NCBI GenBank assembly: GCA_039024555.1
Contig: JBCCQQ010000004.1
Span: 96,001 to 160,000 of the forward strand
Direction of reading: 5' to 3'
Source of the DNA: Cyanobacteria bacterium P01_D01_bin.156
GTDB taxonomy: Bacteria > Cyanobacteriota > Cyanobacteriia > Phormidesmidales > Phormidesmidaceae
Length of the DNA stretch: 64,000 bases
The notes below the pieces were generated by a model, which saw only the letters and a program-made list of their open reading frames with translations, was not told the origin of the DNA and did no database searches. Positions 39,744 through 51,280 of the stretch are shown here, in pieces (positions within the stretch are counted from its first letter, which is position 1; each line of letters opens with the position of its first letter). The position numbers and the translations under genes are program-made.

Positions 39744-39999
39744 CTTAGTTGAAATTGATGCCCCATATGGGCTCCTATTTACCGTTGCCGATTTAGGTGA
39801 CGAAACGATAAATAAAACAAACTGTAAGCTGGAGCATGACAGATAAAATCATCCTAAGGAGCAATAGAAAACCAAATTTTCCTTGTTGTATCAATGGCTA
39901 AAAAATTGATATTTCCTAACCACCCAATCCTAAAATTTAATCCGAAGAGCAAATGTTCTAACGCATCGAGGCATTTGCTGTTTTTATACAATTGTGGCG

Positions 40000-40326
40000 T
40001 TATCTGGCAAGGCGCTTGATTTCGCTTTGTAGCGTCTGCAACTGGCGTAAACTATCAGGTGCGTCCTGAATACTACCTGTTTTAGCTCGTTTTTCCATTT
40101 GAGCGGATATTTTAGACATCCCCACTGCCCCTACGTTAGCACTGGCCCCTTTGATATAGTGGGAGACTTCTTGAACGCTCACTGGATCCCCAGCTGAAAT
40201 TGCAGCCGCTAGTTGAGTAAAACTGTTGTCCATATCTTCAACAAATAAGGTCAACAGCTCTTTTTCAAATGCTGTATCACCACCAGCAAGTTGCTTTAAC
40301 TGTTCGAGGTCAAAGTTGCTAGCCAT
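40000..40326 (-). CDS. Stand-alone Hpt (histidine phosphotransfer) protein
   Basis: GGD..FE.ELL..F, H.IKGASANVGA. Confidence 0.92.
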   Translation of the reverse strand: MASNFDLEQLKQLAGGDTAFEKELLTLFVEDMDNSFTQLAAAISAGDPVSVQEVSHYIKGASANVGAVGMSKISAQMEKRAKTGSIQDAPDSLRQLQTLQSEIKRLAR

Positions 40327-40518
40327 AGTTACCCCCTGAGACTGTAGTAGACGTGTAGTAAAAGATTAGCGGTTCACACCTTACATAAGGATGACCCATT
40401 TTTAGAGCAGATCTTTCTATGTAAAAACGCTCTATTACTCTAGAAAGCATTGATAACCTTCAGTGTAACCGCACATACACCTCAGACTTACAGCTACCTA
40501 TGCAGTACTACAAGACTT

Positions 40519-40677
40519 CTAATCCTTAAGCAACCAGCTCAGCACAACCGAGCCTACAACCAACCATGACCACCAAGGAGTCACCGAAACCCCGGAAAAA
40601 ACCTCAGGAATACCATCAATAATCTGGCACAGCCAAAAGCTAATGATAAGAATGAGCAGACCAGCAAGGGATGTCAT
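40519..40677 (-). CDS. Unannotated 52-aa two-helix membrane protein
   Basis: MTSLAGLLILIISFWLCQIIDGIPEVFSGVSVTPWWSWLVVGSVVLSWLLKD; fills the gap between the hpt and CDF genes. Confidence 0.6.
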   Translation of the reverse strand: MTSLAGLLILIISFWLCQIIDGIPEVFSGVSVTPWWSWLVVGSVVLSWLLKD

Positions 40678-40743
40678 TAGATGCGTTGAAGCTATGGCTT
40701 CATTTATAACGTCTTTCGGTACTATTAGACATGCTGAGGAGAG

Positions 40744-41655
40744 GTGCCCATGTCTACTGAAGTGTCTGGAGCTTGCTATCGGTCAGAAGTAAGGCGGGTA
40801 TTAATCGTTACCTTGCTTCTTAATATTTTGGTACTGGTGCTGAAAATCATTGTAGGTTCCTGGACCGGCTCCTTAAGTCTGTTAGCGGATGCCCTTCACA
40901 GTGTGACCGATAGCGCCAACAACGTACTGGGATTAATCACTAATCAATTAGCATCGCCGGAACCTGATCGAGAACATCCCTACGGTCACCAAAAATACGA
41001 AGCCGTTGGAGCTCTGGGTATTGCCGCTTTTCTAGGCATTGCTTGCTTTGAAATTTTACGAGGGGCCTTCGAGCGTTTGTTATTAGGATCGGCCCCCGTT
41101 ACGCTAACCCCAATTGCCCTATGGCTGATGTTGCTAGTGCTCGGTATCAACATTTTAGTAGCGGTATACGAGCGGCGCATCGGCGTGCGGCTGGGCAGCA
41201 ACCTGCTCATTGCCGATGCCCACCATACAATGAGCGACATCTGGATAACCATTGTGGTCATTGCAGGATTAATGGGTGTTTGGCGTGGACTAGTTTGGCT
41301 AGATATTGTGATGGCCCTGCCAGTGGCAATTCTTGTACTTCATAGTGGCTGGGTAGTATTGTCGGCCAACTTGCCCTGGTTAGTAGATGAAATGGCGATC
41401 GCACCAGAAGCCATTCATCGAGAGGTGATGAGAGTTCCAGGTGTTCTCAATTGCCATAGCATTGCATCACGGGGGCTATTGGGACGTCAGGTTTTTATTG
41501 ATATGCATTTGATCGTAGAACCTAAGGATGTGGTCAGTGCCCACACCATTACTGAACTAGTGGAGCAGCGATTGGAAAAAACCTTTGGCCCAATTCGCGT
41601 CACCATTCATGTAGAGCCTCCCAGCTATCGGGAAGAAAATATTAGTTATCGATAA
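40744..41655 (+). CDS. Cation diffusion facilitator family transporter
   Basis: SLSLLADALHSVTD, PDREHPYGH.KYE, ADAHHTMSD, IHVEP. Confidence 0.93.
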   Translation: MPMSTEVSGACYRSEVRRVLIVTLLLNILVLVLKIIVGSWTGSLSLLADALHSVTDSANNVLGLITNQLASPEPDREHPYGHQKYEAVGALGIAAFLGIACFEILRGAFERLLLGSAPVTLTPIALWLMLLVLGINILVAVYERRIGVRLGSNLLIADAHHTMSDIWITIVVIAGLMGVWRGLVWLDIVMALPVAILVLHSGWVVLSANLPWLVDEMAIAPEAIHREVMRVPGVLNCHSIASRGLLGRQVFIDMHLIVEPKDVVSAHTITELVEQRLEKTFGPIRVTIHVEPPSYREENISYR

Positions 41656-41665
41656 CCTGTGGCCC

Positions 41666-42184
41666 ATGAATTTGCCTACCTGGATTACGGTATCTCGACT
41701 CGTTGCTATTCCGTCAGTGTTTTGGCTATTGGCTAATCCCACTGTGAGTCATCGCTGGTGGGCGGTAGCCGTATTCTTATTAGCCGCCTGTACCGACTGG
41801 CTCGATGGTTATTTAGCTCGTCGCCTCAACCAGGTTACCGATTTAGGCAAGTTCTTAGATCCCCTGGTGGATAAGCTATTGGTCCTGGCACCTTTAATGA
41901 TGCTGGTGCAGCTGGGCACAGTACCGGCTTGGGGCGTATTCTTGATTTTGGCCCGAGAGCTAACCATCGCTGGCTGGCGTGTAGGCCAAGCCAAAATTGT
42001 AGGAGCTAACCTATGGGGTAAGGCTAAAACAGTCATGCAAATTGTTGCGATCTCAGTCTTGATATCTCCTTTATCCCAGTCTTATGCTCAACTTTCCCAA
42101 GGACTATTTTGGTTAGCTGTATTGCTCACTTGGTGGTCCGGGCTCATCTACTTAACAGCACAACTAGGAACAAACAATACCTAA
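41666..42184 (+). CDS. pgsA: CDP-diacylglycerol--glycerol-3-phosphate 3-phosphatidyltransferase
   Basis: TDWLDGYLARR...TDLGKFLDPLVDK, GKAKT..Q. Confidence 0.95.
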   Translation: MNLPTWITVSRLVAIPSVFWLLANPTVSHRWWAVAVFLLAACTDWLDGYLARRLNQVTDLGKFLDPLVDKLLVLAPLMMLVQLGTVPAWGVFLILARELTIAGWRVGQAKIVGANLWGKAKTVMQIVAISVLISPLSQSYAQLSQGLFWLAVLLTWWSGLIYLTAQLGTNNT

Positions 42185-42185
42185 A

Positions 42186-42398
42186 ATGGATTCAGCCTCT
42201 CATCAGACATCGTCTGACAGTAGCCTTAACCAGTGGCATATCGTGCAACAAAGCGAAGGCCACTGCGACATCATAGACCAGGGTGAACTTGACCAGCTCA
42301 CAGGTACACCTCAAACGTGGGGGCCATTTTCGAGCCGTCCAGATGCTATTGCTAAACGGGTGGGGCTTATCCGTGCTGGAAAATGTGCACCTAAATAA
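42186..42398 (+). CDS. Small conserved hypothetical protein
   Basis: W.IV....G.C.I...WGPF.S...AIA.RVGLIRAGKC.P; directly follows pgsA. Confidence 0.75.
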   Translation: MDSASHQTSSDSSLNQWHIVQQSEGHCDIIDQGELDQLTGTPQTWGPFSSRPDAIAKRVGLIRAGKCAPK

Positions 42399-42481
42399 TC
42401 AAGACAATTGGCTCGCCTTAAATGCCACCATACGATGGCCTAAAAATACTGCGGTTTGATTAATCTTGAGAGCCTAGCAGT

Positions 42482-43783
42482 CTAGTTAACCGAAGATACC
42501 GTACCAGCACTAGCAGCCTCTCGCTGAACACGAATAACATCGTTGAGAACTTCAATCGCCTTGGAGTATTGAGGATCGTCTACGGTGCCAATGCGCTCAC
42601 GATCTTCGCTCAGATATTCTCGCTCTTCATCGGTCAGCTCTACAGTGACATCTGGTTCAATACCCAAAGTATTAATATCTCGACCGCTAGGAGTTAGATA
42701 TTTAGCAATGGTCACTGCAATGCCAGAGCCATCTCCCAAACCACGCACCGACTGCACTAGGCCCTTACCAAAGGTAGTCGTGCCCACTAACACAGCTCGA
42801 TTATTATCCTGTAATGCACCAGACAAAATTTCACTGGCACTGGCAGAACCCCCATCAACAAGAACTACTAGAGGCTTATCTGTTAACGCGCGATCGCTAG
42901 CCACATTTTCATCAACGGAGCCTTCACGATTCACTGTGGAAACAATCTTGCCCTCGCTGAGCCACATACGCGAAATATCAATGCTCGAATACAGCAAACC
43001 ACCTGGGTTAGACCGTAGGTCTAGAACGTATCCAGTGACATCCCGTAGCTCAAGTTCTTGAATGGCTTCCCGCATCTCAGAAGCCGCATTCGCACTAAAC
43101 TGAGTCAGCCGAATGTAGCCAACACCGCCCTCTGGCTCAGGATTATAGGCATAACGCACCGGATGAATTTCAATTCGGGCCCGTACAAGCTCAAAGTTAA
43201 TCCGCTCGCCCTCTCGAATAACCGTTAAGGTGACATCAGAATTGACCGGTCCTCGAATCAAATTCACCGCATCACTCAGATCCATGCCTTCGGTGGTCTC
43301 GCCATCGATGGCGTAAATCACATCACCGGAACGAATGCCGGCTTCAAAGGCAGGCGTATCTTCGATAGGCGAAACCACTACAATTTCTTCAGTCTCTTCC
43401 TCTTGAGAAATTTGAATACCCACCCCCGTGAGCTCACCGGAAGTATCGATCTGCATATTCCGAAACTCCTGGGGATCCATGAAGCGCGTATAGGGATCTT
43501 CCAGGGAATCCAACATTTCCCGAATCGCCTCGTAGGCTGCACCGCTGTCCGTATAGTCGCGGTTCAAATAATCGTTGCGAATAGACTGCCAGTCTTGGTC
43601 GTTAAATGTATCGTCTACATATTCATGATCGATGAGCTGCCAAACCTCATCAATTACCTCCTTAGGGCTCTCTCTAAAGAATGCCTGACTTTGAGACCAG
43701 TGAATGCTTGTACCTGCAACAACTACAGCTATAGTCGTCAGGGCTGCTGCACTCAAAATCAGGCCATGCTTTTTAGTTGCCAT
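42482..43783 (-). CDS. Carboxyl-terminal processing protease, S41 family (CtpA/B/C group)
   Basis: DPYTRF, PDZ GVG, GYIRL..F, LDLRSNPGG, SASASEI, TFGKG.VQ; paralogue identity not resolved. Confidence 0.93.
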   Translation of the reverse strand: MATKKHGLILSAAALTTIAVVVAGTSIHWSQSQAFFRESPKEVIDEVWQLIDHEYVDDTFNDQDWQSIRNDYLNRDYTDSGAAYEAIREMLDSLEDPYTRFMDPQEFRNMQIDTSGELTGVGIQISQEEETEEIVVVSPIEDTPAFEAGIRSGDVIYAIDGETTEGMDLSDAVNLIRGPVNSDVTLTVIREGERINFELVRARIEIHPVRYAYNPEPEGGVGYIRLTQFSANAASEMREAIQELELRDVTGYVLDLRSNPGGLLYSSIDISRMWLSEGKIVSTVNREGSVDENVASDRALTDKPLVVLVDGGSASASEILSGALQDNNRAVLVGTTTFGKGLVQSVRGLGDGSGIAVTIAKYLTPSGRDINTLGIEPDVTVELTDEEREYLSEDRERIGTVDDPQYSKAIEVLNDVIRVQREAASAGTVSSVN

Positions 43784-44396
43784 AAAAAGAGATCCAGAAA
43801 AACTTAGAGACGGCGCGAATGTAGCCAGACAGTATAAAAGTTAGATCACACCCTACAAATACCCTACAGATATAGGCTGCATTTAGCTGCTGCAGGAGTT
43901 GAATAAGGAATTAGCCATTCTTTTGCCATTGTACGCAGCTTAGCAACTTCCTGTAGAAACCGACTACGGTTCCGACAAAATTGCCACAACTATTGACATT
44001 GGTAGCAATTTTCAAAGGCAGTTTATTCGAAAAATTCACTAAGATTTATAGACATTTGATGACCATACTCGAAGAATAATACTGCTGTACTCCTAAGAAA
44101 GTGCTTAGCAGTTTCACTAATCCATTACATTGCATTCCTAAGGCTACCTGGTCAGAATGAAAACCCCATGAAAATCACCTGAATTTAGAATTGACATCCA
44201 CACACCTCAGAATGACATCATCTGAAAAATACGGATATATTTTGCATCATTAACAGGTCGATCCATTTATTAAGCTAGCAACTTTCTAGCATTAATCCCT
44301 CCCCGGAATAACGGTTCCAGAAAGGGATGAATAATTCAGTGATTCAATTTCAAAAGCGAGGCTCTACGTCAGGAAATCGTCCCTGCAGACAACGGC

Positions 44397-45623
44397 TTAA
44401 TTTTCCGGATCGATCCAACGACCATCACTCTTAATCAAATTAATCAGCTCTTCCACGCCACTTTCTTCAGGCACCCGTTTAATTTCTTCACGGCCTCGAT
44501 AAAGTGAAATATAGCCAGGGGTTTTACCCACATAGCCATAGTCAGCATCAGCCATTTCTCCAGGGCCATTAACGATGCAGCCCATAACGGCAATATCTAA
44601 TCCCGTTAGATGATCGGTTGCAGCTCTAACTTTGTGAAGTACCTCTTCTAAATTAAATAATGTGCGACCACAGGATGGACAAGCAACATATTCAACCATC
44701 GTCTTCCGCAGCCCTAACGCCTGCAGAATGCTATAGCATACCGGAATTTCTTTTTCGGGGGCTTCCGTTAGGGAAACACGGATCGTGTCACCGATGCCCT
44801 CAGCCAGTAGAGTGCCAATACCAGCGGTAGACTTGATACGCCCATATTCACCATCCCCCGCTTCGGTAACGCCAAGGTGTAAGGGATAGTCCATCCCGAG
44901 CTCATCCATACGCTTAACCATCAAACGATAGGCTGCTAACATCACCGGTACTCGTGATGCCTTTAGAGAAATCACCAGATTATAGAAATTAAGGGACTCA
45001 CAGATGCGAATAAATTCCAGGGCAGATTCCACCATGCCTTCAGGAGTATCGCCATAGGTGAAGAGCATTCTCTCGGCTAGAGAACCATGGTTTACACCAA
45101 TCCGCATAGCCTTATTTTGGTCCCTCAAGGAAACAACCAGAGGTTCCAGAGTTTCCTTAATTTTGTCACCAATAGCGTCAAATTCAGCTTGGCTATACTC
45201 TGTACGAGTGTCACTCGGTTTTTCAAATACGTACAGTCCTGGATTAATGCGCACTTTATCAACATGCTTAGCCACTTCTAGGGCAATTTTCATGCCATTG
45301 TGGTGAACATCTGCTACTAGAGGCACTGTTTGGTACGTAGCGATTAGTTTCTCTTTAATCGTTGCCAGAGCTTTAGCATGGGCCATACTGGGCACCGTTA
45401 CCCGAACAATTTCACAACCAATTTCGTGCAATCGACGAATTGCGGCCACTGAACCCTCGATATCCAGCGTATCCTCATTGATCATCGATTGCACAACGAC
45501 AGGGGCTCCCCCCCCAATCACAACCTCACCCACAGGAACTGGACGGGTTTTACGGCGCACAATTTGGGTATCGATCAAAGGGGTGGCACCAGAGTTTGAA
45601 GCAGGAGGCGTCAGGGTTTGCAT
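44397..45623 (-). CDS. ispG: (E)-4-hydroxy-3-methylbut-2-enyl diphosphate synthase
   Basis: [54 protein letters not shown]. Confidence 0.98.
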   Translation of the reverse strand: MQTLTPPASNSGATPLIDTQIVRRKTRPVPVGEVVIGGGAPVVVQSMINEDTLDIEGSVAAIRRLHEIGCEIVRVTVPSMAHAKALATIKEKLIATYQTVPLVADVHHNGMKIALEVAKHVDKVRINPGLYVFEKPSDTRTEYSQAEFDAIGDKIKETLEPLVVSLRDQNKAMRIGVNHGSLAERMLFTYGDTPEGMVESALEFIRICESLNFYNLVISLKASRVPVMLAAYRLMVKRMDELGMDYPLHLGVTEAGDGEYGRIKSTAGIGTLLAEGIGDTIRVSLTEAPEKEIPVCYSILQALGLRKTMVEYVACPSCGRTLFNLEEVLHKVRAATDHLTGLDIAVMGCIVNGPGEMADADYGYVGKTPGYISLYRGREEIKRVPEESGVEELINLIKSDGRWIDPEN

Positions 45624-45950
45624 ACGTCGGGAAACAGACTGGATTTATCTATTGTAATTTTTGAGCGTAGTTAATCGTTGAGAAAACGTTACCTAAAAAG
45701 CTCTTCCATGTAGGCTCTTTCTAAAACAACGTTTCCAATCAAATCGTTAACGAGCTTGATCGATAGGATCCCATAAAATGCGTAACACTACCGGCAGTCT
45801 GGGTAACAAAGCAGCCTATGTAAAAACTTTTTTATGGGGCTTCTGCTTTGATAACTAGAAATACCCCTGAAATCGCCAAGATTTCTTTAGGGACAATCGG
45901 CACTGGCAATTAACCAAAGCAATGAGACCCTATCCTTGGCCCATCAGGCT

Positions 45951-46418
45951 CTAAAGCTTGGCAATACATTCCAGAATTAGTCGCTGATTAATCAAAGAAA
46001 AGGGCTGAATATCTAAGGTGCGGCGAAAACATTGGATAGCGTCACCGTAGTTACCGACCGAAGCATAGCAAAGGCCTAGACCGTGGAGAGCACCAAAATG
46101 ATGGGGGACCAGTTCAAGGGTTTTCTGACAATCTTCAATGGCAGCCAGATAGTCTCCTTCCATGAAATAAAGAACCGCTCGGCGATTCCAAGCTTCCGCA
46201 AAATCTGGCTGATTGGCAATTAGCTCATCTAAAATTGCCTTGGCTTCTGCACTCCGCTCTGCCTCTACTAGGGTCTGGCTTTCAATTAAACGCTTGGCTC
46301 CCTGTATTCCCTTTTGATGAAACCACATATGCCAGAACTCACCTATGGCTTGGTTGCGAACTGTTTCATTTTGATCTTTCAGGGACTGCAATAGACGTTC
46401 AATGTAACCAGAATCCAT
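45951..46418 (-). CDS. TPR repeat protein
   Basis: PDFAEAWNRRA, P.HFGALHGLGLC. Confidence 0.88.
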   Translation of the reverse strand: MDSGYIERLLQSLKDQNETVRNQAIGEFWHMWFHQKGIQGAKRLIESQTLVEAERSAEAKAILDELIANQPDFAEAWNRRAVLYFMEGDYLAAIEDCQKTLELVPHHFGALHGLGLCYASVGNYGDAIQCFRRTLDIQPFSLINQRLILECIAKL

Positions 46419-46730
46419 CGTAAGCGTTTTGTACAGACAAGTGTGCCAGATCAAGCGAATCAGCTAGGTCATTGTAATTGAGCAAAAACCTCAAGCGCGA
46501 AAGATGCGGAAAGTCCCTGGGGGATGGTGAATCAAATTAGAGGGTAACCATAGGGATTGGTATACCCCACCAGGGAATGCTAAGGCAAATTTGCGACTAC
46601 GGTGGGGACGCGATTTGGCTGCTACCAAAACTTGCTCACGACCCATTGATGTAAAGGTCAAACTGAGCTTTTACGACAGGTTTCGATATGGGTAGTGCTC
46701 AAGTTATAGCCCATACTCCACATAGATAGG

Positions 46731-47600
46731 ATGGATATTTTAGTGTCCACAATAATTAAGACACACTCCCTGCAGTTTATTCAGACCGATGTCCTAGAAC
46801 CGGTCACGCAGCGAGCAATACGTTACTTACAAGCGGGTTACTCACTGCACTTAGAGGGACCAACAGGGATTGGTAAAACCACCTTGGCCGCTCATTTGGT
46901 CCAATGTCGTCAGCGCCCCAGTCTATGGATGATGGGAGGGCAGAATACAGGCCTCCCGGACAGCGCATCATCTTTTAAGCAGGCCTGCGCCGAAGGATGG
47001 ACAGTAGTCTATGACGAATTTAATCGGTCGCGTCCGGATGTGAATACGGTATTGCTATCCGCTGTCGAACCACGAATAGTCAGCCTAATAAGCAACCATG
47101 ACAGCAGCGATGTCACAATTCACCCTGAATTTCGGGTCATTGTGACATCCAATGCTGAAGCGTATTGCGGCACCTACGCTGTCCAGCATGCATTGCTAGA
47201 TAGATTAATTACTCTCCGGCTACCAGAGCCTAGTATCCTGGCACAGCAAAAGCTTTTAGTGAAGTTGACGGGAATCTCCCGAGAACAAGCGGCACTAATC
47301 ATCAGCATTGTGCAGCAGTTTTTGCGGCAGGTTGGCCCTGAACGCTTATCAAGCGTGCGTCCGAAGCTGATGATTGCAAAAATATGTCAGCGACTGAGCA
47401 TCACGATTTCAGCTGACGACTCAGAATTTCGCCAGGTATGCCGCGATATCTTACTATCCCGGTCGTGCCAATCTGCTCTGGATGCCAATGAAGTGCTTTG
47501 GGAGCTGTTTAACCAATGCTCAAGACCCATGCCCATGATTGAGCATATCCCCTCCCGACTACCCCCCACGGCTAGCTACGCGGGCACTTCAACTTCTTGA
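46731..47600 (+). CDS. GvpN-like (MoxR-type) AAA+ ATPase
   Basis: [55 protein letters not shown]. Confidence 0.8.
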   Translation: MDILVSTIIKTHSLQFIQTDVLEPVTQRAIRYLQAGYSLHLEGPTGIGKTTLAAHLVQCRQRPSLWMMGGQNTGLPDSASSFKQACAEGWTVVYDEFNRSRPDVNTVLLSAVEPRIVSLISNHDSSDVTIHPEFRVIVTSNAEAYCGTYAVQHALLDRLITLRLPEPSILAQQKLLVKLTGISREQAALIISIVQQFLRQVGPERLSSVRPKLMIAKICQRLSITISADDSEFRQVCRDILLSRSCQSALDANEVLWELFNQCSRPMPMIEHIPSRLPPTASYAGTSTS

Positions 47601-49369
47601 CTACCGGCTAATCCAAAAGCGCTATGAACGGCTTTGAGGGCATCAACACCACTGGTTTCAGCTACCACACAGCTAATCTTGATTTCTGATGTGGCAATCA
47701 TTTGGATATTGATGTTGTTATCGGCAAGGGCTTGAAACATTTTGGCAGCGGTACCAGATGAGTGAACCATACCAATGCCAACGACACTGACTTTAGCGAT
47801 CGCAGTATCCACTACAATTTCGCTGCCGCCAAATTCGGTCACTAGGGATTGCAATACGCTATGGGCCATATCTGCATCTGCCTGGTCCACCGTAAAGGCT
47901 ATGTCGCGAGTTTGAACGCTATTTTGTTCACGACAGCGCTGGGACTGAATGATCATATCCACACTAATGCCGCGATCCGCCAGCACCTGAAATAGCTTAG
48001 CCGCCATGCCTGGTTGGTCAGGTACATGGCGCAGAGCTAAGCGCGCTTGGTTACGATCTAGGGCCACCCCCCTCACGGCAGGACCTGGCATCACTTGGGG
48101 TTCTCGAGCTGGGGACTGGTGTAAATCGAAGGCATTACAGAGGGCCGCAATGGTGCGATCGCAATCTTCAGCCGCAATGGTACAGCTCACCTTCACTTCC
48201 GACGTAGCAATCATTTGAATATTTACCCCAGCCGCCGCCAGCGTCGAAAACATTTTGGCAGCCACCCCCGGTCGTCCAATCATGCCAGCTCCGGCAATGC
48301 TGACCTTAGCGATTTGGACATCGCTAACCAGCTCTACGGGTTCGCCAGACGTCCCTTGTAGTTCAGGTATCAGGGATGATGCCACGGTAGTGGCCTGGGC
48401 CAGTACTCCACTCTCAACCGTAAAGGCAATGTCATTAAAATTGCCTTCATTAATAGATTGGATAATCAAATCCACATTTAGCTGTTGCTGAGCCACCGTG
48501 CCAAACAGCTGTGCCGCGATACCAGGACGATCTGGCACCCTAAGTAGCCCTACCTTGGCCTGATTGGTATCAAATTCAATACCATCCACCGGATGAACTA
48601 GCTCCAGCCCCTCTAAAGCTCTAGGCTGCCGACTAGCAGACGTCACTCGGGTCCCCGGCTCCTGAGTCCAGCTAGAGCGGACCACCAAAGTAACTCCATA
48701 GTTGCGGGCAATTTCCACCGCTCTTGGATGAAGCACCTTCGCACCTAGACTGGCCAACTCCAGCATTTCATCACAGGTGATTTCGCTCATCAACTGTGCC
48801 GATGGCACCAGACGAGGATCCGTCGTCAAAATGCCAGGAACATCCGTATAAATCTCGCAGGCATCGGCTTGAAGCGCAGCGGCCAAAGCAACAGCAGACG
48901 TATCAGAACCACCCCGACCTAGGGTAGTAATTTCTAGATCAGGTGCATCACTAATCCCTTGAAAGCCGGCAACAACGACAACTTTACCCTGATCCAAACA
49001 ACGCTGTACCCGCTCAGTTTCAATTCTCAAAATCCGGGCCTGGCTATGGCGAGCTTCCGTTACGATACCAACCTGAGCTCCAGTCATGGATACTGCCGCT
49101 TGACCCCGTTCCTGTAGAGCCATAGATAGGAGCGCAATGGACACTTGCTCACCCGTTGAGAGCAACATGTCCATTTCCCGACGGCTAGGCTGACTAGAAA
49201 TTTCACCGGCCAATTTCACCAAACCATCGGTGGTTTTTCCCATGGCAGAAACAACGACCACCACCGAGTTACCCGAATGCACAGTGCTCTGTACGCGTTT
49301 AGCAACCGATTGAATGCGCTCAACGTTGCCTACCGATGTTCCACCATACTTTTGGACGATCAACCCCAT
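47576..49369 (-). CDS. lysC: Aspartate kinase with duplicated ACT domains
   Basis: [46 protein letters not shown], two TSE.K.SC ACT pairs; start MGLIV at 49369. Confidence 0.95.
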   Translation of the reverse strand: MGLIVQKYGGTSVGNVERIQSVAKRVQSTVHSGNSVVVVVSAMGKTTDGLVKLAGEISSQPSRREMDMLLSTGEQVSIALLSMALQERGQAAVSMTGAQVGIVTEARHSQARILRIETERVQRCLDQGKVVVVAGFQGISDAPDLEITTLGRGGSDTSAVALAAALQADACEIYTDVPGILTTDPRLVPSAQLMSEITCDEMLELASLGAKVLHPRAVEIARNYGVTLVVRSSWTQEPGTRVTSASRQPRALEGLELVHPVDGIEFDTNQAKVGLLRVPDRPGIAAQLFGTVAQQQLNVDLIIQSINEGNFNDIAFTVESGVLAQATTVASSLIPELQGTSGEPVELVSDVQIAKVSIAGAGMIGRPGVAAKMFSTLAAAGVNIQMIATSEVKVSCTIAAEDCDRTIAALCNAFDLHQSPAREPQVMPGPAVRGVALDRNQARLALRHVPDQPGMAAKLFQVLADRGISVDMIIQSQRCREQNSVQTRDIAFTVDQADADMAHSVLQSLVTEFGGSEIVVDTAIAKVSVVGIGMVHSSGTAAKMFQALADNNINIQMIATSEIKISCVVAETSGVDALKAVHSAFGLAGSQEVEVPA

Positions 49370-49414
49370 AGCCTTGCCCCTATTCCCCCCGCGCAATTGA
49401 TGCTGTTCCAGCAC

Positions 49415-49444
49415 GCACTGTCAATGTAGCTACATTGACAGTGC
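49415..49444. repeat. 30-bp perfect palindrome without loop upstream of lysC
   Basis: GCACTGTCAATGTAG|CTACATTGACAGTGC. Confidence 0.8.
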
Positions 49445-49831
49445 CCAGACATGCGAAACATGTACAGTTGCCAATGATGACATGTAAACCTGGTTAACCA
49501 GATTACCAAGGGACGTCCCACTTGATGCACCACAACGCAACCTAACTATTTAAAGACTAAGCCGGATAAGCAGGACATTAATACAATAGTTACTCAACAT
49601 TCTGAAACAACTTATTGAGTAAATACATCGTTATTTATAGAAGCGATTTGTGCCTAGCTACCAGGATTTTACTTTTTATGATGGGAATACTTAGCAATGT
49701 AAAATCCCTACGCACAATCAACTTAATCCGGTTGATGTGTAAACAATTCTTGAAGAAGGTGACAGTTTAAGCGTTCAACTCAGAGATAGACGATATAAGA
49801 TTATTAATTATCCGTAATAGTTTTTAACGCT

Positions 49832-51247
49832 ATGACAGCAGCCCTTCCTGGTCAGGCTCCAATAGCCCAAAAGACAACCGCTCAGCAAAAGTCGTTACAC
49901 CATGTCGTTATTGTTGGTGGTGGTTTTGCTGGCCTCTATGCCGCGCAGTCCTTGGGTAAGGCCCCGGTCAGGGTGACGCTCATTGATAAGCGTAATTTTC
50001 ACCTGTTTCAGCCGTTGCTATATCAGGTAGCCACTGGCGGACTGTCAGCCGGAGATATTTCATCTCCATTGAGATCGGTACTCAGCCGTCAGAAAAACGT
50101 CAAGGTATTGATGGGTGAAGTGGTTGATATTGACCCCGATGCTCAGCAAGTTACCCTCAAGCGAAACGAGGTTATTACCTACGACAGTCTAATTTTAGCC
50201 ACTGGCTCTAGTCACCATTATTTTGGTAACGACCACTGGGCCGACATCGCTCCAGGGATGAAAACCATTGAGGATGCCTTGGAGGTACGACGTCGGATCT
50301 TTTTAGCATTTGAAGCTGCTGAGAAGGAAACTGATCCCGAACGACGTAAAGCGCTATTAACCTTTTTGGTAGTCGGTGCAGGTCCCACTGGTGTGGAGCT
50401 TGCTGGTGCACTGGCAGAATTAGCCTACGAAACAATCAAGGACGACTTTACGGACATTAACCCCCAAGAAACTAAGATTATTTTGCTAGAGGGTATGGAT
50501 CGGGTATTACCTCCCTACCCTGCAGATTTGTCGGTAGCGGCCAAGGCATCTTTGGAAAAACTGGGAGTGGAAGTACGCACCCAGTCCCTGGTCACTAATA
50601 TTGATGGTGATAGCGTTTCCATCAAGAATGATGGCGAAATCACTGAGATGCAAGCCTGCACAGTTCTTTGGGCAGCGGGCATTAAAGCCTCACCCTTGGG
50701 TAGAGCCATTGCAGAAAAAACGGGCGCAGAAACTGACCGCATTGGTCGGGTCATTGTCGAGTCAGACATGAGCGTCCCCAACTACTCCAACCTTTACATT
50801 GCTGGGGATTTGGCACACTTTGCCCATCAAGGGGACAAGCCTTTACCTGGTACAGCGGCTGTGGCGATGCAAATGGGTAGCTACCTGGCAAAGACCGTCA
50901 AGGCCAAACTTGCTGATAAGCCCGTTGCCGCCTTTAACTACAAGGACAAGGGCAGCATGGCTGTGATTGGTCGCAACGAGGCGGTAGCTGACCTCAACTT
51001 CATGAAGCTTTCGGGCTTCCCAGCCTGGTTTATCTGGATTTTTGTTCACATCTACTTCCTGATTGAGTTTGATAACAAACTTTTGGTCCTGCTTCAGTGG
51101 GGGTGGAACTATTTCACCTATCAGCGCGGTGCCCGTCTGATCACAGGTGATGATTCCATTCCTGCTCTATCTGAAACAGTCATGAACGAGATGGAAACGG
51201 AAATTGTTACCGTGGGTGATGGCGAAAAGAAGATGGTGCAAGCTTAA
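49832..51247 (+). CDS. Type II NADH:quinone oxidoreductase (NDH-2)
   Basis: GGGFAG, FQPLLYQVATG, GAGPTGVELAG, WAAG, GD.A, F.YKDKGSMA.IGR. Confidence 0.93.
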   Translation: MTAALPGQAPIAQKTTAQQKSLHHVVIVGGGFAGLYAAQSLGKAPVRVTLIDKRNFHLFQPLLYQVATGGLSAGDISSPLRSVLSRQKNVKVLMGEVVDIDPDAQQVTLKRNEVITYDSLILATGSSHHYFGNDHWADIAPGMKTIEDALEVRRRIFLAFEAAEKETDPERRKALLTFLVVGAGPTGVELAGALAELAYETIKDDFTDINPQETKIILLEGMDRVLPPYPADLSVAAKASLEKLGVEVRTQSLVTNIDGDSVSIKNDGEITEMQACTVLWAAGIKASPLGRAIAEKTGAETDRIGRVIVESDMSVPNYSNLYIAGDLAHFAHQGDKPLPGTAAVAMQMGSYLAKTVKAKLADKPVAAFNYKDKGSMAVIGRNEAVADLNFMKLSGFPAWFIWIFVHIYFLIEFDNKLLVLLQWGWNYFTYQRGARLITGDDSIPALSETVMNEMETEIVTVGDGEKKMVQA

Positions 51248-51280
51248 ATTGGGCTACGCCCAACGTTCTTGAAGCAAAAG

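Noticed and set aside
46507..46577. GGAAAGTCC followed by a stem, reminiscent of RNase P RNA
   Set aside because: Not the full GAGGAAAGTCC context, no 3' conserved motif visible, and the gap looks too short.
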